45,732 nt of DNA from positions 1 through 45,732 of the forward strand of contig JAGVNL010000017.1 in assembly GCA_020053275.1 (NCBI GenBank), in the 5' to 3' direction. This document shows, in pieces, positions 17,399 through 25,164 of the stretch (the first letter of the stretch is position 1; each line of letters starts with the position of its first letter). The position numbers were made by a program, and so were the translations under genes. The notes beneath the pieces were generated by a model, which saw only the letters and a program-made list of their open reading frames with translations, was not told where the DNA came from and did not search any database. This stretch comes from a bacterium. Lineage in GTDB: Bacteria; Patescibacteriota; Patescibacteriia; UBA9934.

Positions 17399-17986
17399 AC
17401 AAAAATATATTATAAAACTTTCCCAAGCGAGAAAATTTCTTTTACTAACCAAAGTATAGCACAAAATAAAAGACTGGGTGCGTTTCCACGGTGAGTTCAG
17501 ATCGGCTGGCGCGATAAGTTCACGCAACACCACACGATCGTCGTACAAAACAAGCTCGTCCATGTCGTCGTCCAAACTGTCCTGCAGAAACTTGCCCTTG
17601 CGGTACAAGTCACCCAAGTACAGCAGATTGCGAGTCACCCTGTCAGCCTTGGTTGGCATGCGCCCCAGGTCATCCTGCTCTCTGTAGTCTGGTGGAATCC
17701 CCACCTGCGCGGCACGAAGTACAACGGCCACCGCCAACGGATCAATCCGCCCAGCCACATGAACAAACGGAAAGTTGCGACTCAAGAAAACAACCGTCAC
17801 CTCAAGCGTCATCAGCGGCCATTGCTCTTCATAGAGCGTCTCGATCAGCTCGACCCAGGTGTTACACTCTCGATGCTGCAAGGCTGCCAGCAAGAACGCA
17901 CAAACCGAGTACATACCGCGATCCTGCATTTTCTCACGGCCGGTGTCACTCAAATCAAGCAAGCTGACCATTGAAGTTGTAATCAT
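17399..17986 (-). CDS. GC-rich orphan ORF with its own strong SD and no stop codon of its own; reads in frame into the SIMPL gene
   Basis: AAGGAG lies 7 nt upstream of the ATG at 17986. About 170 aa of GC-rich coding with no family I recognise. The track reports a 457-aa fusion ORF. Confidence 0.45.
17409..17461 (-). promoter_or_regulatory. AT-rich promoter region for the SIMPL gene
   Basis: On the minus strand, TGCTATACT (17453-61) and TATAAT (17409-14). The latter is 10 nt before the ATG at 17398. Confidence 0.45.
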
Positions 17987-18064
17987 GGCAATCTCCTTTT
18001 AAGCTAGCCTAACCAGCTGTTTGTGAACGAACCGCTGCTATCTTGCCTTTTACCACCTAAAAAG

Positions 18065-19147
18065 TCAACGAATCAACGGCCTTAAACCAGGCATCTTTTC
18101 ACCGCTTAAAAACTCTAACATGGCACCGCCGCCAGTCGATAATAATGTAAATTTATTAGCAAATATACTATTTTCAACCAAGGCCACCGTACTCCCACCA
18201 CCAACAATACTCCGCGCCCCAGAAACGCCAGCAATCGCCTTAATCACAACTCTGGTTCCTGACGCCCCAGCCTGCTCTTCCACCAGTCCTAACGGCCCAT
18301 TCCAGACAATAGTTTTTGCCCCTCGCAACCATGTCGGCAATATCTGTTCAGTTGCTCGCCCAATATCAATCGCACTACCTCGCCTATCAATCCTCGTATC
18401 TAGCGGCAAACGCAATTTATCGCCAAGTATACTTACCACCTCCTCCGCCGCCACAGACAACCGCCCTTTTTTAAACGCTGGCAATAATCCACTACCCACA
18501 ATTACCATATCCGCCTTAACACCCAATGCCCGCAACAGCGGCACTTTAGTTTCCAACTTATTACCGCCGACCACCAACACAAAGGGCTTCTTCATTGGTG
18601 CACTAAGCTGCTTCACCTCATCACTCAAAAGACCGCCAGCAAAACTAGGCAAAAATTTTGTGATCGCTACCACAGAAGCATGCACTCTGTGACATACCCC
18701 AAAAGCATTATTCACATACACATCGCCCATCGTTGCCAACAACTCTGCAAACCCCTCATCATTATTTTCCTCTCGTTTATCAAAACGCAAATTCTCAAGC
18801 ATCATTATCTCTCCCGCTTTCATCGTCGACGCCAACCGCAAAGCATCTGGCCCAACCACATCGTCTGCCACCAAGATCTTAACACCTAACGCCCCACCAA
18901 TAGTCTTTGCAATCGGTGCCACACTAAACTCTGTTTGCTTGCCTCGTGGCCGCCCTAAATGTGTCAGCAAAATAATCTTTGCCCCTCGTTTTTGTAATTT
19001 AATAATTTCCGGTAATGCCTTGGCAATCTTATCAAACTTACTAATCACCGCCTTACCACGCACTAAATCCACATTAGCATCAATCCGCAGCAACACCCTT
19101 GTGCCTTGTTTAACATCACTCACCTGCCAAGTTTTTAACTGTGTCAT
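18065..19147 (-). CDS. pgk: Phosphoglycerate kinase (short, 360 aa)
   Basis: N-terminal RIDANVD, LTHLGRP, and C-terminal STGGGAMLEFLSG. Confidence 0.9.
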   Translation of the reverse strand: MTQLKTWQVSDVKQGTRVLLRIDANVDLVRGKAVISKFDKIAKALPEIIKLQKRGAKIILLTHLGRPRGKQTEFSVAPIAKTIGGALGVKILVADDVVGPDALRLASTMKAGEIMMLENLRFDKREENNDEGFAELLATMGDVYVNNAFGVCHRVHASVVAITKFLPSFAGGLLSDEVKQLSAPMKKPFVLVVGGNKLETKVPLLRALGVKADMVIVGSGLLPAFKKGRLSVAAEEVVSILGDKLRLPLDTRIDRRGSAIDIGRATEQILPTWLRGAKTIVWNGPLGLVEEQAGASGTRVVIKAIAGVSGARSIVGGGSTVALVENSIFANKFTLLSTGGGAMLEFLSGEKMPGLRPLIR

Positions 19148-19162
19148 ATCAAAACTTAACGG

Positions 19163-20416
19163 CTAATCATTTTCATTGTATCGTACTACTCCATTCAACC
19201 AAAATTTTACCGCCTTACCAATCGGCATTAAGCATAAAAAATAATACAAATCAACCAACCGCCTGACAACAAAAGCCAAGTAACCAGCAATCACCACATT
19301 GCCAAAAATCACCAAACCGTACTTGCCACCAACCGCTAAAGAATACGGCCAATACTTTTTTCCACTATACGGTACTAGCGCAATTCTCTTTAAAGCTCGC
19401 AAAATATTTTTCGCTACAAGCGGCGCGGTACTCTCCACCCCCTGCGCTGTTTGTGGCACCGGCTTGTCAGTCAACGGGTTCATCATTAACGCTGCATCAC
19501 CCAACGCAAAAATATTAGCGTGTATTGCCACCTCACCAGTTGGCCCAACTAATACTCTACCTCGTGCATCCTTAAGTAAATCAAACTCATTCAACACTGC
19601 CGCTGGCTGCACGCCACCAGCCCAGATAGTACAATCACTAAATAAAGTTTGCTTTCCGTCGAGTGCTAACACTAAAACCTCACTACTCGTAACCGCAGTA
19701 ATTTTTGTCTCAAGTACAATTTTCACCCCCAAAACCCGCAACCTATGCTCGGCGATTCGTGACGCTTTAGGTGTCATTTGCGCTAAGACTCGATCGCTGC
19801 CATCAACCAAAGTAAAGGTAATCGCACCCCTCTCAATAATTCCTCGCTTTACTAATCCCTGTGCCATCACCGCCAACTCTGCCACCAACTCCAAACCATT
19901 CGGCCCAGCTCCTCCCACCACAACATTAACAATTTTTTTCTCGTGTCTCCGGAGAGCAGTCACCAACTCTAATAGCCTTTGACGAATTCTTACAGCATCA
20001 GCCGTTGTTTTCAAAGCTAATGAATATTCTTTTAATCCAACAATCCCAAAATATGCCGACTCAGCACCAAGCGCAATTACCAACGAATCATAATGTAAGG
20101 TATGACCGTCATCCAAAATTATATTACCCTGAACAGCATCAAGCCCAGTTACCGTAGCCTGCCTACAAGTAATCCTAGGTTTAAAACAAACCAAAGGAAT
20201 GTCGGCAGATCTCGCCAACGCTTGTTTATGTTGCCTCACATGGTCGTCTGCCTTACCAGCCGCAATTTCATACAACCATGGCGTAAAAGTATGCGTACAC
20301 GATGCAGATACCATTACAATCTCCACATTATCCTTAGACCAAACCGCTAAATAACGCGCCACATTCACGCCCCCAAAGCCACCGCCTAAAATTACCACGC
20401 GTGGCTTGCCTCCCAT
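19163..20416 (-). CDS. ndh: Type II NADH dehydrogenase-like FAD/NAD(P) oxidoreductase
   Basis: VVILGGGFGG and VVGGAGPNGLE dinucleotide folds, with a hydrophobic C-terminal helix. Confidence 0.75.
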   Translation of the reverse strand: MGGKPRVVILGGGFGGVNVARYLAVWSKDNVEIVMVSASCTHTFTPWLYEIAAGKADDHVRQHKQALARSADIPLVCFKPRITCRQATVTGLDAVQGNIILDDGHTLHYDSLVIALGAESAYFGIVGLKEYSLALKTTADAVRIRQRLLELVTALRRHEKKIVNVVVGGAGPNGLELVAELAVMAQGLVKRGIIERGAITFTLVDGSDRVLAQMTPKASRIAEHRLRVLGVKIVLETKITAVTSSEVLVLALDGKQTLFSDCTIWAGGVQPAAVLNEFDLLKDARGRVLVGPTGEVAIHANIFALGDAALMMNPLTDKPVPQTAQGVESTAPLVAKNILRALKRIALVPYSGKKYWPYSLAVGGKYGLVIFGNVVIAGYLAFVVRRLVDLYYFLCLMPIGKAVKFWLNGVVRYNEND

Positions 20417-20418
20417 AA

Positions 20419-20913
20419 TTAACCAATAAGGAATTTAACAAAAGCATTTGGTTTGCGCATGGCATTTGCCACTAAACTATTCAAGCCAAAAATGTGACCA
20501 GCGCCACCAGCAACAAAGAGTAAGAAAACCGCAATAAGAATTATATGAGATTCAATATAACCATTAGCCGTGTTGCTGGTGAAATGTGCCAAGTAATACA
20601 AAACCATCAACACAATACCGAACATACTTGCTGGCCGTACCAACAACCCAACAATCAGCGCTAAACCAATCAAAGTCAAACCCCACGCATTCAAACCATC
20701 AATCACACCACTTCCAGCTAACGACTGAAACCAAGCAGCAAATGGCCCGTCAGCTGTCTCCAAATAATTAGCCGCACTCCAACCACCAAACTTAGCAATA
20801 CCAGCCAATAGAAACTCTAACCCAACAACCACGCGCAATACCACAAAGACAACTCCAAACAACGGTGCATGACTAGCCTTGATCAAGCGATCGGTCAAAG
20901 TTTCTGTTCGCAT
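20419..20913 (-). CDS. DoxX-family membrane protein
   Basis: 164 aa with 4 TM helices and a DoxX-like first helix (VVGLEFLLAGIAKF). Confidence 0.6.
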   Translation of the reverse strand: MRTETLTDRLIKASHAPLFGVVFVVLRVVVGLEFLLAGIAKFGGWSAANYLETADGPFAAWFQSLAGSGVIDGLNAWGLTLIGLALIVGLLVRPASMFGIVLMVLYYLAHFTSNTANGYIESHIILIAVFLLFVAGGAGHIFGLNSLVANAMRKPNAFVKFLIG

Positions 20914-20915
20914 AT

Positions 20916-21992
20916 TTATTTCTTAATTTTTATCTTAGTCTTTTTAGCTTTAGTTTTCGTTATTTTCAACTTCACCACTTTCGCAATTTTAGCTGGCACT
21001 AAATCAAGCGCGATCTCAGCCAGTCTGTTAGCATAGCCCCATTCGTTGTCATACCACGCCACAACCTTTACTAAATCACCATCTACCACATTCGTTAACG
21101 CCAAATCGACAATCGCCGAATGTGGATCGCCCACAAAATCACTCGACACCAATAACTCACTTGTTACTCCAAGAATACCTTTCCATCGTGGGCTTTTCGC
21201 CGCCTTAATCAACACCGCATTAACCTCTTCCTTAGTAGTTTTCCGTTTAAGCACAAATGTCATATCTGACAATGACACAGTAGGCACTGGTACGCGAATA
21301 CTCAAACCATCAAACTTATTTTTGAGCTGCGGCAAAGTTTGCGTTACCGCAATCGCCGCCCCAGTTGTAGTTGGAATAATATTCTCACTTGCCGCCCTGC
21401 CCTCCCGTACATCATGCCGTGGCGCGTCAACCAAAGACTGCGAAGCCGTCATGCCATGCACCGTGGTCAACATCGCTTTAGCTATTCCAAACTCCTCATC
21501 CATAACCGCCGTTACTGGCGCCACACTATTTGTAGTACATGATGCATTATTGATCACCTTCGCCTTTTCTAACTTCAGCTTCCCATCGTTAACTCCTAAC
21601 ACATAAGTTGGTACATTTCCGCCCTTAGCCGGTGCCGAAATTACTACTCGCTTAGCACCAGCTTTAATATGCGCCATCGAACCTTCTTCCGTCACAAAAA
21701 AACCAGTCGACTCAATCACCACATCTACTTTTAACTTCTTCCACGGCAACGCACTCGGATCCTTCTCTGCCAGCACCAGAATCACCTGACCATCTATAAT
21801 AAGATTTTTACCCTTCGCCGACACTGGCACTGCCCATGTTCCATAATTGGTATCGTGTCGCAACAAATAAGCCAGCGTCACCGCATCCGTTAAATCATTA
21901 ATTGCTACCACCTTAAACCCTGGCTTACCCCAGCCTACCTTAAGCACATTCCGTCCAATTCTCCCAAACCCGTTGATGGCAATATTAGCCAT
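20916..21992 (-). CDS. gap: Type I glyceraldehyde-3-phosphate dehydrogenase with a Lys-rich C-terminal tail
   Basis: INGFGRIGR, SCTTNS and WYDNEWGY motifs. The tail is KVVKLKITKTKAKKTKIKIKK. Confidence 0.93.
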   Translation of the reverse strand: MANIAINGFGRIGRNVLKVGWGKPGFKVVAINDLTDAVTLAYLLRHDTNYGTWAVPVSAKGKNLIIDGQVILVLAEKDPSALPWKKLKVDVVIESTGFFVTEEGSMAHIKAGAKRVVISAPAKGGNVPTYVLGVNDGKLKLEKAKVINNASCTTNSVAPVTAVMDEEFGIAKAMLTTVHGMTASQSLVDAPRHDVREGRAASENIIPTTTGAAIAVTQTLPQLKNKFDGLSIRVPVPTVSLSDMTFVLKRKTTKEEVNAVLIKAAKSPRWKGILGVTSELLVSSDFVGDPHSAIVDLALTNVVDGDLVKVVAWYDNEWGYANRLAEIALDLVPAKIAKVVKLKITKTKAKKTKIKIKK

Positions 21993-22022
21993 AAAATAAA
22001 ATCACAAAAAATATCTATGCCT

Positions 22023-22031
22023 AGTATAGCA
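22023..22031 (-). promoter_or_regulatory. Extended -10 box TGCTATACT upstream of gap
   Basis: The minus strand reads catgctatactagg, about 30 nt upstream of the ATG at 21992. Confidence 0.5.
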
Positions 22032-22043
22032 TGTTTTTGGTTA

Positions 22044-22075
22044 GTAGACTGTAGAAGGTAGTTAGTAGTCGGTAG
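22044..22075. repeat. Five GTAG tetramers at exact 7-nt spacing
   Basis: GTAG begins at 22044, 22051, 22058, 22065 and 22072, just upstream of the gap -10 box. Confidence 0.8.
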
Positions 22076-22082
22076 TTTACAA

Positions 22083-22249
22083 TTTTTATTGAGCCCGCAG
22101 TCAACGAAGACGAGTGGGATGTCACTTCTGTCGACCGAGGGACGCGCATTTTGAAGGCCGTCGATTCACCCCAATAATTAATCGGCGAGCGTCAAAATGC
22201 CCGACGGAGAAAAGAAGTGACTCCCCGAGTCTCGCGTTGACAATAAAAA
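22083..22249. repeat. E1-family palindromic intergenic element, full copy with inverted termini
   Basis: Termini are tttttattg and caataaaaa. The long arms fold back, with inner stem cattttga/tcaaaatg and apical stem gtcgatt/aatcggc. Confidence 0.85.
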
Positions 22250-22273
22250 GATCACCTCCAGCGAGGTGATCTT
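22244..22273 (-). terminator. Intrinsic terminator of tsf
   Basis: The minus strand has stem agatcacctc/gaggtgatct followed by ttttt. Confidence 0.7.
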
Positions 22274-22280
22274 TTCTTAG

Positions 22281-22877
22281 TTACTCAGCACCTAATTGAA
22301 TACGGGAGAATCTACCAATTCGGATGTTCTCGCCAATCGAAAGAATCTTGCTCTCAAGCAACTGACCGACGGTCATGGTGTCGTCTTTTATAAAGGCTTG
22401 CTCCATCAAACAAATATCCGCGAAGTACTTGCTCATGCGTCCCTCTACAATCTTGGCGATAATTTCTACTGGCTTCTTTTCTTCGGCCAAACTTTCTGTC
22501 ACAAACTTCTTTTCCTTCTCTACTAATTCTGTTGGCACTTCGTCGCGGGAAATGTAGAGTGGAGCACTGGCCGCAATATGCATCGCAATGTCATTACATA
22601 GCTCAACAAACTGTTCATTGCGGCCTACAAAGTCCGTCTCACACATTACTTCCACTAACACACCAATCTTGCCGTTGCCATGGCTGTAGCAATGTACTCG
22701 GCCTTCGCCAGTTGTTCGCTCACTCTTCTTAGCCATCTTCGCAGCGCCAGACTTACGCAATATGTCGATGGCTTTCTCCATGTCACCATTCGCTTCGGTC
22801 AACGCGTTCTTGGCATCCATCATGCCGGCCCCAGTTGTCTCACGCAACTTCGCTACCTCACTTGCGGTAATTGCCAT
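22281..22877 (-). CDS. tsf: Elongation factor Ts (short form, 198 aa)
   Basis: The UBA-like N-terminus is VAKLRETTGAGMMDAKNAL. Confidence 0.9.
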   Translation of the reverse strand: MAITASEVAKLRETTGAGMMDAKNALTEANGDMEKAIDILRKSGAAKMAKKSERTTGEGRVHCYSHGNGKIGVLVEVMCETDFVGRNEQFVELCNDIAMHIAASAPLYISRDEVPTELVEKEKKFVTESLAEEKKPVEIIAKIVEGRMSKYFADICLMEQAFIKDDTMTVGQLLESKILSIGENIRIGRFSRIQLGAE

Positions 22878-22887
22878 AGGGTTGATA

Positions 22888-23724
22888 TTAAGCTTTTGTA
22901 TCAGTCTTTTTAGTCTCCGACATCACTTTATCTTTCATCACAATATCCAAGTCGGCGATAGTCGCTTCTGCGTTAGCGGAAACCTTCACATCATCTTCTG
23001 CATTAGCACGAGTTTCAACCACAGCCTTTGCACTGGCCACAGCTTTTGCTTTACCAGCCTTTACTGCCTCTGCAATAAGTTTAGCAATCATGTCGAGTGA
23101 TCCAACAGCGTCGTCGTTGGCTGGAATGACATAGCTGATACCGGTTGGATTAACATTGCTGTCAACAATGGAAACAATCTTTACTTTTGTAGCAACCGCT
23201 TCACGCAAAGCTGTTTTATCATGACGAGCGTCCAACATGAACACCGCCTCTGGCAACCTTGTCATGGTGCTAATACCGCCAATCTTCTCTTCCAACTCCT
23301 CAATCTTGCGGGAAAACTGCAACTGCTCGAGCTTGGTGTACTTCTTCAAGTCACCCTTCAAAGTCTTGTCTTTCAATTCCAAGTAAGTTTTAATCAAGCG
23401 TTGGATCTGTGGGAAGTTGGTAAAAGTACCGCCCAACCAACGAGTGTTGACATACGGCATACCACAGTCCAAAGCGTACTTGGCGACGATGTCCTGAGCC
23501 TGGCGCTTAGTACCAACGAACACGATGCTGCCACCACGGGCAACCAAGTTCTCAACATAAATTAAAGCCTTTTCCAACTGCGCTTGTGTCTTCTCAAGGT
23601 CAATCACATGGACGCCACCACGAACACCATAAATGTATTCGCGCATCTTTGGGTGCCAACGGGATGACTGGTGACCAAAGTGAACGCCGGCCTTCAACAT
23701 GTCTAAAAGTTCTGGTGTCTGCAT
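22888..23724 (-). CDS. rpsB: 30S ribosomal protein S2 with a C-terminal extension
   Basis: GVHFGHQSSRWHPKM, followed by the rest of the S2 core. Confidence 0.95.
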   Translation of the reverse strand: MQTPELLDMLKAGVHFGHQSSRWHPKMREYIYGVRGGVHVIDLEKTQAQLEKALIYVENLVARGGSIVFVGTKRQAQDIVAKYALDCGMPYVNTRWLGGTFTNFPQIQRLIKTYLELKDKTLKGDLKKYTKLEQLQFSRKIEELEEKIGGISTMTRLPEAVFMLDARHDKTALREAVATKVKIVSIVDSNVNPTGISYVIPANDDAVGSLDMIAKLIAEAVKAGKAKAVASAKAVVETRANAEDDVKVSANAEATIADLDIVMKDKVMSETKKTDTKA

Positions 23725-23825
23725 ATATAGTTCCTTTTTTTACCACGATCTGAACCGGTAGGACCTCAATTACGAGGCAAGGGCTACTCGGGGAAACCAG
23801 ATCTGAGTGATGAATAAGTGGCCGA

Positions 23826-23854
23826 AGTGTAGCCAAATCCGGCTTTTAGGTCAA
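23826..23854 (-). promoter_or_regulatory. Candidate rpsB promoter giving a roughly 95-nt 5' UTR
   Basis: The minus strand reads TTGACC, 17-nt spacer, TACACT. Confidence 0.4.
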
Positions 23855-23908
23855 GCCCTTACCCTCACTTTTTGACAATTTACTGGCAATTTTATACCCA
23901 TTCCCCCA

Positions 23909-24734
23909 TCATAACATCCCTCTATACGACGCCAGACTCGTCTCATCCACCCCTCTACCCACAGCTCTCATCATCCGTCTTTTAGTCACCCCTCGTAGCA
24001 CTCTATGTTCGGAAAAGTGCACCCAACCCAAGAAATCTACCCCACCTGCCACCGTACTAATCGACACCTTATTCGGATGCAACCATAACTTCAACTCTTG
24101 CCAAAGCCAATCACTAATCACATAAAGCTGTCGTTTAAGTTCTTTTCTATCTCTCGACAACAGAACAAAATCATCAGCATAACAAATATAATGTGTGACA
24201 CCGAGCTTCTGCTTCACAAACTGGTCAAACTCATTCAAGTATACATTCGCTAACAGTTGCGAAGTCAAATTACCAAGCGGCAACCCAACAGGTCTTGGTA
24301 TTATTTCTTGACACCTGTCGAGCCATCACCTCAAACCTCAACAACGCCTTATGTGTTCCCTTCTCATTCCTACACGAAAACGAATCTGCAATAAACAGCT
24401 TATTAAAAAATGGATACAACTTCCTATAAATCGCTCGATGTAACACTCTATCTCACACACTCGCTTTGTGAATACTCCGTCGCTTTGGATCGTTCACTAC
24501 AAACGCTTGGTACGGCTGATGCTCGTAACTTCCATTTTCTAAACATTCGTATAAAGTAATTAAGTTGGTCATTAAATTGCGCTCGAAAACTTGCACATCA
24601 AGTCGCATTTTCTTACCAACTCTAAACTCACCCCAAGCCGCGAGTAAATTCTCCAGGCTTATAACATCCTCATACTTATGGTCACACAAACTCCCTCCGG
24701 CCAGAAATCCACTAGTGTCACCCCCCCCCCGCAA
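23909..24734 (-). pseudogene. Degraded DGR-type reverse transcriptase
   Basis: Motif 4 is GLPLGNLTSQ, motif 5 is YADD and motif 7 is VDFLGW. There is an in-frame TGA at 24453-55, a frame change near 24283-24330, and about 40 aa including motif 3 are missing. Confidence 0.75.
24721..24730. repeat. C10 homopolymer tract between the divergent RT remnant and the Avd-like gene
   Basis: Ten consecutive C. It is the longest homopolymer I noticed in the window. Confidence 0.9.
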
Positions 24735-24741
24735 TTTTACC

Positions 24742-25143
24742 TTGCCATTGTTGCATAAATTTAAGGAAACTTATTTAATCTGGTTTAATTATTACACGGA
24801 ATTACCAAAACCTCACCGCTACACCCTTGGTTTACGCCTGGACAATCTCTTTGTCGAGACTATTGAGAACATCGCCATTGCTAAATTTACCCCAACCACC
24901 GCCAAACTGCCTTTTATCATTACCGCCATTAGCAAATTAGATTTAGTCAATCTTCTGCTAACAATACTTTGGGAAACGAAATCCCTAGAACCACAACATT
25001 ATCTTGAACTTGCCAAAAAACTTGATGACATCGGCAAAATGCTAACTAGTTGGAAGAATTCACTCGCCACCCCAATGACGCTCCCCGCCCTTACGGGACG
25101 GGGTTTTGAGCGGAAGTTAAAAACCAGTCTTTCGTCAACCTAA
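24742..25143 (+). CDS. Four-helix-bundle protein (23S rRNA IVS / Avd-like family)
   Basis: The TTG start gives (M)PLLHKFKETYLIWFNYYTELPKPHRYTLGLRLDNLF..., typical of this family. The track ORF from 24565 overlaps the RT remnant. Confidence 0.65.
   Translation: MPLLHKFKETYLIWFNYYTELPKPHRYTLGLRLDNLFVETIENIAIAKFTPTTAKLPFIITAISKLDLVNLLLTILWETKSLEPQHYLELAKKLDDIGKMLTSWKNSLATPMTLPALTGRGFERKLKTSLSST
25083..25107 (+). terminator. GC hairpin plus T-run inside the tail of the Avd-like ORF
   Basis: ccccgccc-ttac-gggacgggg followed by tttt. Confidence 0.4.
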
Positions 25144-25164
25144 GCGGCCTATTAATGGCTAAAA

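Noticed and set aside
18120-21606. Long plus-strand ORFs (190, 227 and 186 aa) lie opposite pgk, ndh and gap.
   Set aside because: They are antisense shadows of clearly identifiable enzymes, with low-complexity Ser/Thr/Pro/Asn-rich translations and no start-site signals.
24453-24455. The in-frame TGA in the reverse transcriptase could be evidence of TGA recoding (genetic code 4 or 25).
   Set aside because: pgk, eno and the 4587 ORF terminate at TGA at their expected ends, and all housekeeping genes are intact under the standard code. The RT also has a frameshift and an internal deletion, so it is a pseudogene.
23909-24734. The RT could be a group II intron maturase or a retron RT.
   Set aside because: Motif 4 is GNLTSQ (DGR-type) rather than QGxxxSP. 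There is no maturase X or endonuclease domain, and I saw no intron domain V/VI-like RNA or msr/msd-like inverted repeats flanking it. The neighbour is Avd-like.
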